Virus record (IMG/VR): IMGVR_UViG_3300025666_000002
Span: 76,788-140,787 of that record
DNA from: a virus
Reading direction: 5' to 3' (one strand)
Length of the DNA stretch: 64,000 nucleotides
This document shows positions 1-10,640 of this stretch, piece by piece. How positions within the stretch are numbered: the stretch's first letter is position 1; each line of letters opens with the position of its first letter. A model generated the notes under the pieces. The model did no database searches. It was given only the letters and a program-made list of their open reading frames with translations, and had not been told where the DNA came from. The position numbers were made by a program, and so were the translations under genes.

Positions 1-332
1 TTAACAAAATCAGCGCCCGGCTTCCACCTAAACTCAATTTCACCAAAAGCAGCATAGCCTCTAGTTGCATCATGTCCAGTTAGTCTTGACATACCGTAAA
101 TTGACTCGGCCTGTTGAGCCGTGTAAATATTCTGTTCCACTAAAGAATCTTCTACGTAGAACATAATCAATTCACTCATCTCACTCATTACATTTAAGAG
201 CTGTGCGAAAGGAGAGGCCTCAGTGAACAAGGTACCTGCACGATTATAGATACGAGAAATATATGTTCTTGCATCCTGTTTAATCTGAGCACCTGTTACT
301 CTAAGCTTATTTAAAAATTTAAGATCTGCCAT
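1..332 (-). CDS. baseplate wedge protein (T4 gp6/baseplate J-like), N-terminal part, runs off window
   Basis: ATG at 332, open to window edge (MADLKFLNKLRVTGAQIKQDARTYISRIY...ASPFAQLLNVMSEMSELIMFYVEDSLVEQNIYTAQ); follows a gp25-like gene; not in ORF track. Confidence 0.7.
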   Translation of the reverse strand, partial: MADLKFLNKLRVTGAQIKQDARTYISRIYNRAGTLFTEASPFAQLLNVMSEMSELIMFYVEDSLVEQNIYTAQQAESIYGMSRLTGHDATRGYAAFGEIEFRWKPGADFV

Positions 333-345
333 CCGTTTTATTTAT

Positions 346-702
346 TTAATTTACGTAAACCTGCACAAGATAACTATTATCAACTGTGATGTCAATATAA
401 GCAACATCTCTCACAGTACCTCGTAAAAAGCTAATTTCGGTTTTCACGTTATATTTTTTAGCCAGTGGACAATACGCGTTTATCTGACCTTCTATTGTTG
501 ATTTCAATTGCTGTTCATTGTACTGTAATGAATATATCAAATCTTCTAAATTACAGCCAAAACCAGGAGCGCCTAAAACTTCTCCTTTATCAGTAAAAAG
601 AGTAGTTTCAATTTGAGTTATAAGTTGTTGTACTTCATTCTCAATATGAACTTGATTTGGATCATAGTTAGGATCTCCTATATATTTAATGTACAATTCC
701 AT
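346..702 (-). CDS. baseplate wedge subunit, gp25/GPW-like
   Basis: LFTDKGEVLGAPGFGCNLEDLIY motif typical of gp25 family; 118 aa. Confidence 0.8.
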   Translation of the reverse strand: MELYIKYIGDPNYDPNQVHIENEVQQLITQIETTLFTDKGEVLGAPGFGCNLEDLIYSLQYNEQQLKSTIEGQINAYCPLAKKYNVKTEISFLRGTVRDVAYIDITVDNSYLVQVYVN

Positions 703-719
703 CTTTATATGTATCTCTT

Positions 720-1559
720 TTAGCTATGGAACATCCAGTCCACACCTTCATCACCCTTGATTTCTTCTTCAATAGCAGAAAGTTCATCATCACCCATTGA
801 TTTAATTGCATCATAATCAAAGTCTACATTACCAGGTAAAGCAAATTTGAAGATACCCAATTTGGCACCAAGTGATTGTTTGATCTTTGCGCTAATATAT
901 CTAAAGAAGATCTCATCATCATACAGAGCGCAGTCTGGAATTGTCTCATAAACCTCTAGAATAATATCACCTTTTGGTGTATCACCCATGAACTTTAAAT
1001 CACCAGTTAATCTTGAGTACTGGAAAGAGATCGGATTCTCAAGAATCTGCCTTGACAGATCGGCAAGTGAAGCATTAAGTACATAGTATTGTAACTCTTC
1101 AGCTGCTTGTGCAGGTCCTGAACCATCATACATTCTTCTAAATAACATCTTATCGATTGAGAAGTCAGCACCAGACTGGAATCTTAAATCAGATCCGCCC
1201 ATGTTATTCCAACCACTTGCAAGATCATATACACCGTAAACAGCATAAACTTTACCCGCACCGTCAGCCGCAGCATCTGGCAGAGTCAAACATCTGTGCT
1301 TCTTAAAATATTCAGTCTCAAAAATCTCTTTCGGGATATGATAATAGTTCTCCTTTACAGAGTCCTCATATTTCTTGTAGAACCATTTCTTAGCTCTCTT
1401 GATAATGTTGATGATCTCCTTTTTAGGCAGATTAACTGGTACCATACAAGCACCAGTAATCTCATCACCGATCTCATCTAGAAACTCGTTTAAACAATCG
1501 TCACTAAAATCTCTAGGGGTTGTTAAACCATTTTCATTACCACTTCTAATTTCACTCAT
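720..1559 (-). CDS. neck/head-completion protein (T4 gp13-like)
   Basis: C-terminal LGAKLGIFKFALPGNVDFDYDAI resembles gp13 neck proteins; structural context. Confidence 0.55.
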   Translation of the reverse strand: MSEIRSGNENGLTTPRDFSDDCLNEFLDEIGDEITGACMVPVNLPKKEIINIIKRAKKWFYKKYEDSVKENYYHIPKEIFETEYFKKHRCLTLPDAAADGAGKVYAVYGVYDLASGWNNMGGSDLRFQSGADFSIDKMLFRRMYDGSGPAQAAEELQYYVLNASLADLSRQILENPISFQYSRLTGDLKFMGDTPKGDIILEVYETIPDCALYDDEIFFRYISAKIKQSLGAKLGIFKFALPGNVDFDYDAIKSMGDDELSAIEEEIKGDEGVDWMFHS

Positions 1560-1560
1560 T

Positions 1561-2871
1561 TTATGAATTTATTTTTTTACTTACTACGATTTCCGTATCG
1601 TCAAATCTAGCATACGGGCCAACGTTACCCTCTCTAAATATACCACCGACCATCCTGCCTTTAAAGATACCATCCCTACCGAAAACGTAACAGTTAACAG
1701 CACTACAGCTTCCATGTACATATGAAGACTGTATTTTGGACTCTTTAACCTCAGTTGACTGATAAAAATTACAGTACTGTAGATCTGAACCCTCTATCTT
1801 ACACGCATAAAAATTACAGTTAATTAGATTACCTCTAATTTCAGATGTGATAAACTCGTAATTTTCAGCCAAGAAACAAGTCGACATCTTACCGTCTTTA
1901 ACTTGAATTGAAGAAAAGTCAGAGTCGTAGTTGATAGTACCTTCTTCTAAAGAGCCATGGATAATTAAGTCCAATACTCTTCTCTTAATTCTATCCCAAT
2001 GTACTTTAATAATCTGGTAGTCATCTTGCAGATCGACTAAGAGGTTAATCTTGGGCCAGTGCTTATTTAAGTTCCTGTGGTCTTTTAAAGCCTCAAGAAT
2101 TGGCAAGTTCTTATTCAAGATATACTTAAGCTCAATTTTATCTTCAGCTGTAAATTCAGTCTGAGAACATGCCTTAAAGAGCTGTAGAATAAATCTATCA
2201 GCCATGTAAAGAATATCGTCTTGTCTCTCTTCATAATCTTTACCACCAATATACCTAAACTCTAGGTAGTTCTTCTCTTTCTTTAAGAAGTTAACGCCAT
2301 AGTATTTAGTGTCCGGAAATACAAAGTTCATTGGATTAACGTGCTCGGCGCTAAAGTGTGCCGCTTCATGCTTTGGCATCACAAACTTAATCGACTTTGC
2401 GTAAACCGAGTTCTCTCTATTTGGAAAGAATTTATAGACCTGCTTTTCATTAAAGGCCAAGATAAACTTAAGAGTGTTCATCTTTGATACCATCATCGGA
2501 TCTTCAAGATACTTCTTGTCAAATGACATGTTTAAGTGGATTGAAGCTCTATCTGTTGTATAACCATGCTCTCTAATCCAACCCAACATCTTAATGATAA
2601 CAATTCTAGCATTACGGTAAGGCATCGCACCAGTCACAAGCTCAATTAAGCCTGAACCACCTGACATATCAGGCTCCATCTTAAAGTGTTTGTCTGTTGG
2701 TTGAAAGTCAGAGTGTGCCTTTTCTTCTAGACTAATAGGTAAACCTAGAAGATCCTCAAGCATTTTTTGAGTTTCTTCTAGGTTCTTTTTTGAATAGAAT
2801 TCAAATTCAATGCCCATTAAGGCGGCATTGAGTATTGACTCTCTTGTAGACTGTCTACTTAGTTTATTCAT
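1561..2871 (-). CDS. putative amidoligase (COOH-NH2 ligase) family protein
   Basis: GIEFEF, IELVT, SIHLN, KYYGVN and YLEFR motifs in order. Confidence 0.7.
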   Translation of the reverse strand: MNKLSRQSTRESILNAALMGIEFEFYSKKNLEETQKMLEDLLGLPISLEEKAHSDFQPTDKHFKMEPDMSGGSGLIELVTGAMPYRNARIVIIKMLGWIREHGYTTDRASIHLNMSFDKKYLEDPMMVSKMNTLKFILAFNEKQVYKFFPNRENSVYAKSIKFVMPKHEAAHFSAEHVNPMNFVFPDTKYYGVNFLKKEKNYLEFRYIGGKDYEERQDDILYMADRFILQLFKACSQTEFTAEDKIELKYILNKNLPILEALKDHRNLNKHWPKINLLVDLQDDYQIIKVHWDRIKRRVLDLIIHGSLEEGTINYDSDFSSIQVKDGKMSTCFLAENYEFITSEIRGNLINCNFYACKIEGSDLQYCNFYQSTEVKESKIQSSYVHGSCSAVNCYVFGRDGIFKGRMVGGIFREGNVGPYARFDDTEIVVSKKINS

Positions 2872-2921
2872 CGAGCTCGATATATTCTTGTTTGGATATA
2901 TATCCGGCTCAAATATGTAGC

Positions 2922-4205
2922 TTATGGTAATTTAAGAAAGACCTTCTGGGTCTCCTCTTCAATTCGAGTAATCTTGACTGTAATGTCATCACCTGGGTTA
3001 AAGACTTTCATTATATCTTCGCCTAGTTCACTGACGTGTAGCAGTCCAGTAACACCATCCTCGATTGTAACAAAAAGGCCATAGTCTTTCTTGGCTTTTA
3101 CTTGAGCCTTAACAACAGCTGGAATTTTATACCTTGTAGTAATATCATCCCATGGGCTAGTTTGTACATTATCGATCTGTGTTAGAGTAATCTTAGTGTT
3201 CGAGATAACATCCTTTACTTTAAAGGTAACTTCATCCGCCGGCATAATTTCACGCTTCTTAAACTTCTCGAATGTTTCTGGGTCTAGATCATTCTTGTGA
3301 ATCATACCTGTCAAACATCTGTTAAATTCAACGAAGACTCCGTATTTAGCAGTTCCTGTTACGTTACCTGTGATTTCTTCACCGGCATTCTCTTTAATAT
3401 TCTCAATCTCCTGTGGGATTAATGCCTGTAAGTATTTTCTGTGTGAAACAACTATTGTGCCTCTAGTCGCAGAGAAAGATACTGGTACCACATAGAGTTC
3501 TTCACCAACAATAGACTCAAAGTCTGCAAGCTTGTTGATACCCGCAAGTGAACCTGGCATGAAACATTCAATACCTTGTACTTCAACAATGTAACCACCG
3601 TTTTCAATCATGTTCTTAACAAGACCTACCCAAGCAGTATTGCCTGATTCAACACCGTCTCTAAGATCCATAAAGACTTTCTGTTTAATACCGCCTGAAA
3701 CAGAACCTGAGATAAAGGCATTATCAGTGTTAGTAATTAAAACTGCAGTTTCTTCACCTGGTGTAAGTTCTTTGACACTCTGTGGTTCTTTATCGGCTTT
3801 CACATAGATTAATTCTCTGTAACCAATGTCAACTGTAATTGTATCTTGGGTTACTGCATAAACAATACCCTCGTGGATTTCACCTATTTTAACACTAGAT
3901 TTAATCGATCTGTTGATTTCAGAGTTCTGCAACATGTCGTACATCTCTTGAGCATAATCTTCTCGAGAGTAAACTTTGTCACCTTTTTGTGTTTTAATGT
4001 GAGGGTTAGGTTTTCTTGTGTGTGAAACACAAGTAGCTTCATATGCTTCCCATATAAAATTACCATCTGAATCATAGAATTCACTATGCTCATTTTTTGG
4101 CTCCTCTGAAATGTTGTTTGATTCGACGTTTTGTTCAGGTGTTTGACCTAATTTTTGACTATCGGTTGCCGATCCGATTCTAGTCCTTTTGTTTTCTTTT
4201 GACAT
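2922..4205 (-). CDS. rpsA: ribosomal protein bS1 homologue (about four S1 domains)
   Basis: S1 repeats (GIECFMPGS, YGVFVEF..LTGMIH, YGLFVTIEDGVTGLLHVSEL); N-terminal FIWEAYE resembles Bacteroidota bS1. Confidence 0.85.
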   Translation of the reverse strand: MSKENKRTRIGSATDSQKLGQTPEQNVESNNISEEPKNEHSEFYDSDGNFIWEAYEATCVSHTRKPNPHIKTQKGDKVYSREDYAQEMYDMLQNSEINRSIKSSVKIGEIHEGIVYAVTQDTITVDIGYRELIYVKADKEPQSVKELTPGEETAVLITNTDNAFISGSVSGGIKQKVFMDLRDGVESGNTAWVGLVKNMIENGGYIVEVQGIECFMPGSLAGINKLADFESIVGEELYVVPVSFSATRGTIVVSHRKYLQALIPQEIENIKENAGEEITGNVTGTAKYGVFVEFNRCLTGMIHKNDLDPETFEKFKKREIMPADEVTFKVKDVISNTKITLTQIDNVQTSPWDDITTRYKIPAVVKAQVKAKKDYGLFVTIEDGVTGLLHVSELGEDIMKVFNPGDDITVKITRIEEETQKVFLKLP

Positions 4206-4253
4206 TTATTTTTATATTAAAGGTGTAACATATTATATATCCGTTTAATTTTC

Positions 4254-6080
4254 TTAAAAAACCACGGGCACAAAACCTGGCATTGGCACTGGACCAATTG
4301 GTGTTGGTATACCACCAAGGTAGAGTAATTTAAACTCTAATAAATGTAGAGCATATGTAGCTGCAAGTGCAGAAGCGACAGCTATGGCCGGCGGCTGCGT
4401 TGCCGGTATTTGTGAAAAAGTCTGCCCCATGTGCATAGCTCTTCTCAAGTTATTTGCCAGTCGATCTACACTACCATAATAAATTGGAATGTATAGACCA
4501 CCAAGTGGAGCTGGAATAAGAGCTGGTAGAGCGGATGGCGAAACCTTAAAAGGCTGTACTAATGTACTATACCAATAAGCAATTGTAGCTAAAGCAAGTT
4601 GCTTCCATGGATCTGTACCATCCTCGGTATTAAATAGACCGTTGTCCATAGATAGACCTGAATAGCACCTGTAGTCAAACGGTAGATCTACAGGCGCTTC
4701 TTCACAAGCAGCAGCATTATTTTCAGCCTGTTCACCTTGCCATTTAACAAACTCAAATAGAGTACCACCGCTAAGAGCTTTAAAGTCTGCAAATGTGCTA
4801 CTTGAGTTAAAAGCCCTTAACTGTGGATCTGGTGTTCTAACCCAGTTATTTTTATATTCAGTAACCACATATGTTGATACTACATGTAGCGGTGTTTTCT
4901 GCCATCTACTTAGGATTCTTTGTGTACCATCGGCTAATGTCTCTGTAAATGAAGAAGCATCAATACTACCAGCTGTAAAGGTAGATGGTAAGTAAACTCT
5001 TACATCTGGTCTCCATGAAAAGAAGGCAACAACAGCATCTGTCAATATTTTAGGCCTTTCACTAGGAGATTCTCTATTATAAGAAACTTGGATACGTTTT
5101 GGGTTCAATTCCTTTTCTGGCCTATCATTTCCAAAGGGCCATGGTTTTTGAATTGGATTAACAGCAGGTCTTTTAATTGCAGAGTCGATAGTATCGATAT
5201 TTACAACATTAGCAAAAGCACTATACCAGCTAGAAATATCAACAGGATGTGCCGCCATAATAGCATTTCTTACTTTGTTTGAAACGTTATCAATCAACGT
5301 TTGCCAGTTATAACCAGCAGCTGCAATTCCTGTTTTAACATTGTTATGTACGTTAATATAAGGTGCACTAAAGCCACTGCCTAAATTAACCCCGCTAAAG
5401 TTATAGCCTAGGTATTCTATTTTACCTAAAGATGAAACCCATTCAAAGAAACTCCAGCGTTCGTTTGGACTGCTTATTTTCTCAAACTGTTGTAAGAGCC
5501 TGTTCGCAAACATATCTTCAATCTGAGCCCGTGTGTCGCTGGGCTCAATACAGTGAAACTCGAAATAAGAGAAAGTGTAGAGCCTTGACCCTTCTTCTTC
5601 TAAGAACTGACAGAACTTCTTCTCGCGTTCGGCTTCTAGTTCTTCTTCAGTCGGTGGGTCTGGAATCTCAGTTGACATTTCATCATAAGGCTCAAGAGAT
5701 TCTTTGCCCTGTTCTGTAACATTGCCGTCTGCGTCTTTTTGATCTACTAAATAAGGTTCACCATTTCTAAAGATCTGCTCAAAGATTTCACCGTAGGCTT
5801 TAATAAAGATTTGTGCTGCTGGTGATTGAGTGTGTGTTGCACCAAATGGAGTTTGTGCAGTCTTAAGTGCATCTAAATAGAAGCCAGCTAAGGCTTCACC
5901 AAAATTCCTGCGGCCACTTGGTGTTACAAGTGGTACATATGTTTTAACGTTAAAGTTAGCGTTAATCTCAGCGCCTGGTCTATCTTGACCTTTCAGAACT
6001 CCTGGTCCACCAGCATTTGCATCGCCGTTTGCAATGTAACTACTAACGTCTGTTATGAATTTAGGCCATAGTGCTGGCAT
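4254..6080 (-). CDS. hypothetical protein, probably baseplate/tail associated
   Basis: 608-aa ORF overlapping the spike gene stop; no recognised motif. Confidence 0.6.
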   Translation of the reverse strand: MPALWPKFITDVSSYIANGDANAGGPGVLKGQDRPGAEINANFNVKTYVPLVTPSGRRNFGEALAGFYLDALKTAQTPFGATHTQSPAAQIFIKAYGEIFEQIFRNGEPYLVDQKDADGNVTEQGKESLEPYDEMSTEIPDPPTEEELEAEREKKFCQFLEEEGSRLYTFSYFEFHCIEPSDTRAQIEDMFANRLLQQFEKISSPNERWSFFEWVSSLGKIEYLGYNFSGVNLGSGFSAPYINVHNNVKTGIAAAGYNWQTLIDNVSNKVRNAIMAAHPVDISSWYSAFANVVNIDTIDSAIKRPAVNPIQKPWPFGNDRPEKELNPKRIQVSYNRESPSERPKILTDAVVAFFSWRPDVRVYLPSTFTAGSIDASSFTETLADGTQRILSRWQKTPLHVVSTYVVTEYKNNWVRTPDPQLRAFNSSSTFADFKALSGGTLFEFVKWQGEQAENNAAACEEAPVDLPFDYRCYSGLSMDNGLFNTEDGTDPWKQLALATIAYWYSTLVQPFKVSPSALPALIPAPLGGLYIPIYYGSVDRLANNLRRAMHMGQTFSQIPATQPPAIAVASALAATYALHLLEFKLLYLGGIPTPIGPVPMPGFVPVVF

Positions 6081-6796
6081 TACTTATTCTTTTGTTGATA
6101 GTTAATATGAGTAGCTGTAAGTTCTCCAACGGTAACTGGTGTTGGCGGCATTGGTGGGCCGCTAGGACCAACTCCAGTTGGGTGGATGTGTGTATTATAG
6201 TCATCCAATAGTTTTTGTAACCAGTCTTGTAAGGATTGACCACGCACCGCAGGTTCAGTCTCATCTGCTCCACCTTCACCTTCATTTGAGATAAAAATGT
6301 CACCACAGTCTAAGAACATCTTAGCATCAGTTGAGATCTTAATAAAACCCTCTTCGTCGATCTGAATCATCGGCCTCTCTTTGGCTCCAGAGCCACGCGT
6401 AATCACAAGACCATCTTCCGGTGAGTGATATATCCTTAAATTTCTTTCAGCGTCGTAGACTAGGCTTATAACATCTTGTGGTGCGTCTGAGGCCTCAAGA
6501 ACATCAGTCTTAAGGTCATCATTCTGATCTACTTGAAACCAGTATTCTGGGTGATAGATGTTACCATTATCAAAACGAACTGCAACAATATCACCAACTC
6601 TAGGTACGTGATGTGAACCTACAGCATCTCTGTTCATTGGTGTTGCCCATGGGATAGCATCGTCTGTTAACTGATCAAATTTACCAAAGACTTTGACACG
6701 GCACCTGCCTTTTAGAAGTGGGTCTTCGTTAACCACAACTTCACCAAGCCAATGCGCATCTCTAAGATTATCTCTATAAAGTTCATTGTTATTCAT
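6080..6796 (-). CDS. baseplate central spike protein (gp5/gpV-like OB fold)
   Basis: GEVVVNEDPLLKGRCRVKVFG...IPWA...VPRVGDIVAVRF OB-fold; C-terminal THIHPTG HxH apex motif. Confidence 0.85.
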   Translation of the reverse strand: MNNNELYRDNLRDAHWLGEVVVNEDPLLKGRCRVKVFGKFDQLTDDAIPWATPMNRDAVGSHHVPRVGDIVAVRFDNGNIYHPEYWFQVDQNDDLKTDVLEASDAPQDVISLVYDAERNLRIYHSPEDGLVITRGSGAKERPMIQIDEEGFIKISTDAKMFLDCGDIFISNEGEGGADETEPAVRGQSLQDWLQKLLDDYNTHIHPTGVGPSGPPMPPTPVTVGELTATHINYQQKNK

Positions 6797-8093
6797 GTAC
6801 GTTCTGGTTTAAGTTGCCATCTGGACTACTGTCTACTCCTGGCTCGTATATTCTTTCGTTAATTGGTCCTTGTGAACTATCTATCGCATTTTCTGGATAG
6901 ATCTTTTTTGGAGTTATTACATCGTTACCGTTTCCACCTGAAGGCTGGTTAAACTGATTAAATAATTGTCCAGCTGCGTTGGCTATACCGTTTAAACTAG
7001 CTGCGTTTATTGCATCTTGGATTGTAGATCCTGCGTTAATCCCGTGTACATTACCAAGTAGAAGACGCGCAAGTGCACCTTCAACTACAGAGTTAGCGAG
7101 TTGCCCAAGTTGCCCTGTTAACAGAGAACCATGTGCATTACCTAAAGCACCTCTATCACCTGGAAGTCCACCTAGTATATTTGTTACACCAGCAATAGCA
7201 CCATCTAATTGATCTTTTGCCCTATCTTTAAGCTTATCAATAGGGTTAATAGGGTCAAATGGATTATATGCCTCTAATCTAGGATCAGGATCTCTTTGGA
7301 ACGCTATACTGTTTTCTTGGTTAGCGTTTAAGTTTGCACCATACCTTTGCGACTGCTGTTCAGCGGTATTCCAGTGTATAATAATCTTAGACTTTGCCAT
7401 TTCTGGCGATTTACTCAGACTGGCAAACATATCACTAGTAGATTCTATATCGAATTCACAGTGGCCTAATCTAGTTACAAAAAGAGGTTTAGCGTCAACG
7501 GCCATCTCAGCGTTAGTAGCGTTATCGGGGTTAGTTTCGTCTGGATTTCTAATCTCAGTCCTTGAAGTATCTTTATTTTTTGAATTTAAAAGTCCTGCGA
7601 CAGTTGTTTGTTGAAAGCCTCTAACTTCAGTTACCCACACGTCCAACTGAAAATGGCGTAAATTCTTAGGTATTACTTCAACCCATCTGTTAAAATCAAA
7701 TGCAGCTCTTTTGTATAAATCAATCAGAGTAGCAGCAGTAAGTTCAATATTCTCTAGACACTCAATTTCCAGCGATGGCGACTCAGCACCTCGCCATGGA
7801 TCTTCCATCTTATTGTACTTTCTAGTATTCTCAAGTCCGGATACGCTTTGCCAAAACCAAGGCAGTTCTGTATTAACCTTCTTTAAAAGTTTAACAAAAC
7901 GAGCTAATAGATCAGCTCTTTCAGTATCTTTAACTACATTTCTTAAATATTCCTCGGCAACACCTGATAGTAATGGTGAATTTTCTCGAGAAGTATCAAA
8001 CAAAAGGAAGAAGCTCAAGTAAGTCGGATCCTCATTGATCTTCCTTAATTGAGTTGTCTTTCTAAATTCGTTTATCTTACCAAAGTCTGCCAT
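6789..8093 (-). CDS. tail/baseplate structural protein (tail-tube-like fold possible)
   Basis: 434-aa ORF within baseplate module; PWFWQSVSGLE segment resembles tube-type proteins. Confidence 0.45.
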   Translation of the reverse strand: MADFGKINEFRKTTQLRKINEDPTYLSFFLLFDTSRENSPLLSGVAEEYLRNVVKDTERADLLARFVKLLKKVNTELPWFWQSVSGLENTRKYNKMEDPWRGAESPSLEIECLENIELTAATLIDLYKRAAFDFNRWVEVIPKNLRHFQLDVWVTEVRGFQQTTVAGLLNSKNKDTSRTEIRNPDETNPDNATNAEMAVDAKPLFVTRLGHCEFDIESTSDMFASLSKSPEMAKSKIIIHWNTAEQQSQRYGANLNANQENSIAFQRDPDPRLEAYNPFDPINPIDKLKDRAKDQLDGAIAGVTNILGGLPGDRGALGNAHGSLLTGQLGQLANSVVEGALARLLLGNVHGINAGSTIQDAINAASLNGIANAAGQLFNQFNQPSGGNGNDVITPKKIYPENAIDSSQGPINERIYEPGVDSSPDGNLNQNVHE

Positions 8094-8106
8094 GTACTAT
8101 ATATTC

Positions 8107-9627
8107 TTATTCTGCGTAGTTAGTAAAACCACCTGGCCATTCTCTTCTAATAAGAGTAACCTCTTGTACTATTCCACCTTTATCAATGTTGTATTTATAG
8201 TTAATATTCTCAATTACGTAAAAACCGCTTAAGAATCTGTTAACTACCTGGTCTGGTTTAGAATCTTCATTATCTTCTTCAGCAACACCCGGATCTATAT
8301 CCAAAAACTTATCAGAAAAACCTTGTTCATCTAAAAACTTATTGTACTTGAGCATTGCCGCAACACGCTCTTTATTGTATTCGTAAATAAGAATTGGAAT
8401 CTTCTGGTACTTATAGATCGATGGGTTAAAAGATTCTAGAGAGACTTTAAGTTTAACCTTTTCTATCTCAGCTAAGTTTTGCGCCTGGTGTAATTTAGCA
8501 AAATTTAAGCTTGGATGTACGTTACCAATATCACCTTCTCCAACATCCTGTCTACCAATATATTTATGCTTCTTATGAGTGTCATATCTATCCTCGTTAC
8601 GCCTGCCTTTTAGAGGCTCTTCATAGTCCATCATTTCCTCTGAGTTCAAGGCTTCTATTGTAAATTCTTGAAATCTTTCACCGGCTTCTGAGTTATCATC
8701 ATAAATAACAACGTCTCTAGTATAACCATATGCTGTACTTATATCATTAGCATTATTTACTAGATTAAAAGCACCGATAAACATATTTGTACCTTTACTG
8801 TTTCTGTGGTTTGTAAGTATTAAAGGTGCTTCAATATCATCACTTTCTTCAGGTGTTTCTTTATCCTCTGCCGTGCTGTATATTGCTGATGCAAAAGAGG
8901 CCTGTAAATCATCTATCGGTGGATTAGGAGAATTAAAAACCCTATTCACATCAACATAGGTTAAATAATAGTATTGATCTATATAAAACCTTTGAAATGA
9001 GTCGTCTGAAATATAAGAGGTGTCTACTGTTTCTTTAATAAAATCTAGAGTAGATGTATATGCTTGTATTCTAATTTGAGCATCGTCAGTGTTTTCGATG
9101 TTTGTAGCTAAGCCTAGCTGTAAATCTCTAGCAACTTCTTCTAGATGATCTAACGAACCTGCAGCATCAAAACTTCTACACTCTTCGCTGTAAAGCCTTG
9201 GTACTTTAGCTGTCCCAACTACGGTAATTGCATTAAAATCACCTTCACTGGCCTGTTTACTAGTAATGCTCGTAATGTCAAAATCCATGTGAATACTCTT
9301 AAACGTAGAAGAGTTTTTACTAGTTAACAATATTGTAATCACATCGCCATCTCTTGGAAATGAATCAACACCAAATGTATTTTTTCTGTCAACTAAGCGG
9401 ATCCTCATCTCAGGCAAAAATCCAGAGTTATCTAATGAGAAACTCTGTATGTCTTTCTGCATGAATTGATAATTATTTAGGAGCACAAATGGTAAATCAA
9501 CACCAATAGCTTTAGTCTGGCGATCTGCACCACCATCTTCTTCAGCCTCACCTAGCCCCTCAATCTCAATTGCAGTAGGCATAATTGCCGGTTCAACGAC
9601 CGCTAATATGTTATTGTCTAGATTCAT
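8107..9627 (-). CDS. baseplate hub protein (gp27/GpD-like)
   Basis: position upstream of the spike gene; C-terminal LSGFYVIENINYKY...VTLIRREW typical of hub proteins. Confidence 0.55.
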   Translation of the reverse strand: MNLDNNILAVVEPAIMPTAIEIEGLGEAEEDGGADRQTKAIGVDLPFVLLNNYQFMQKDIQSFSLDNSGFLPEMRIRLVDRKNTFGVDSFPRDGDVITILLTSKNSSTFKSIHMDFDITSITSKQASEGDFNAITVVGTAKVPRLYSEECRSFDAAGSLDHLEEVARDLQLGLATNIENTDDAQIRIQAYTSTLDFIKETVDTSYISDDSFQRFYIDQYYYLTYVDVNRVFNSPNPPIDDLQASFASAIYSTAEDKETPEESDDIEAPLILTNHRNSKGTNMFIGAFNLVNNANDISTAYGYTRDVVIYDDNSEAGERFQEFTIEALNSEEMMDYEEPLKGRRNEDRYDTHKKHKYIGRQDVGEGDIGNVHPSLNFAKLHQAQNLAEIEKVKLKVSLESFNPSIYKYQKIPILIYEYNKERVAAMLKYNKFLDEQGFSDKFLDIDPGVAEEDNEDSKPDQVVNRFLSGFYVIENINYKYNIDKGGIVQEVTLIRREWPGGFTNYAE

Positions 9628-9633
9628 AATTTA

Positions 9634-10638
9634 TTATTGACCACATGGAGCTGTACTACCAGTGCCGCTAGTGCCATTTCCGCCACCAGTGCCGCTAGTG
9701 CCATTTCCGCCATCGTTTTGGTTATCTCCATACTCGTCTGCTGAAGTACCGCTAGTGCCATTTCCGCCACCAGTGCCATTTCCGCCACCAGTGCCGCTAG
9801 TGCCATTTCCGCCACCAGTGCCATTTCCGCCACCAGTGCCATTTCCATCGCCACCATTTCTTAATTTATCAAAATAGAGCTGACTTTCAAAGCTACCTTG
9901 TATAGAACCGTTCGGATCTCCATATTCACCGTAGAGTGAGCCTGCAACTTCTTGTGCAACATCCGGGTTAACAGCAACCCAAGAGCCACCAGTCCAGCTC
10001 CATACTCCACCTGGAATCTTCTCAAATTGAGAGCCTGTGTTTTCACCGCCAATTGTAATTGTATCTCCTAGAAGATCTGTGTTAATCTCATCACCTGAAT
10101 CTGCATCAAGATTTCTATTAATAGCATCAACTACAGCATCGGTTTGTGCTTGAGCACCCATTCTAATCTGAGAGCCCACATATTCATAATTCTTTTTACC
10201 AACCGGTATTACATTCGGTGGCAACAGATTATCTTTACCATATTTCTTCTTTAAAGCATCAAGTCTACGCTGGTCCTTTTTGCTCAAGCGTTTACCTGAA
10301 ATAAACTGTAGTTTAACAGGATTATTTGTAGCATCAAATTCTTTCGGTCTTTCTAGCTTGTAGAAGGGAGCGTTTGCATGTGGAATTTCTAAGACATCAC
10401 CTTCGTTAATTGAAAATGGATCTGAAATAGAGTTCCATTTTAAGATCATATCAAGCTTACTCTGATTTCCATAATACTTCAATGCAATTAGATCTGGCCT
10501 TGCAGCTTGATCAGCATTAACAACATGCTCTGGATTAAGCAGTGTAATGTTTTCCTTGTTAGCAAAGATCATAGTTGGTTGTGTTAGGATATACCTAATA
10601 CCATCAGATGTTTTATTTATAAATGTCTTTAAATTCAT
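9634..10638 (-). CDS. baseplate wedge protein gp53-like (LysM-like) with Gly-rich tail
   Basis: RPDLIALKYYG...ILKWNSISDPFSINEGDVLEIP motif. Confidence 0.7.
   Translation of the reverse strand: MNLKTFINKTSDGIRYILTQPTMIFANKENITLLNPEHVVNADQAARPDLIALKYYGNQSKLDMILKWNSISDPFSINEGDVLEIPHANAPFYKLERPKEFDATNNPVKLQFISGKRLSKKDQRRLDALKKKYGKDNLLPPNVIPVGKKNYEYVGSQIRMGAQAQTDAVVDAINRNLDADSGDEINTDLLGDTITIGGENTGSQFEKIPGGVWSWTGGSWVAVNPDVAQEVAGSLYGEYGDPNGSIQGSFESQLYFDKLRNGGDGNGTGGGNGTGGGNGTSGTGGGNGTGGGNGTSGTSADEYGDNQNDGGNGTSGTGGGNGTSGTGSTAPCGQ
9655..9858 (-). repeat. coding tandem repeat encoding GGGNGT(SGT) units
   Basis: repeated ccaccagtgccatttccg / gtgccgcta units. Confidence 0.9.
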
Positions 10639-10640
10639 AA

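Noticed and set aside
9624-9877. ORFs 9624..9857 (-) and 9662..9877 (+)
   Set aside because: Alternative-frame readings of the Gly-rich tandem repeat inside 9634..10638.
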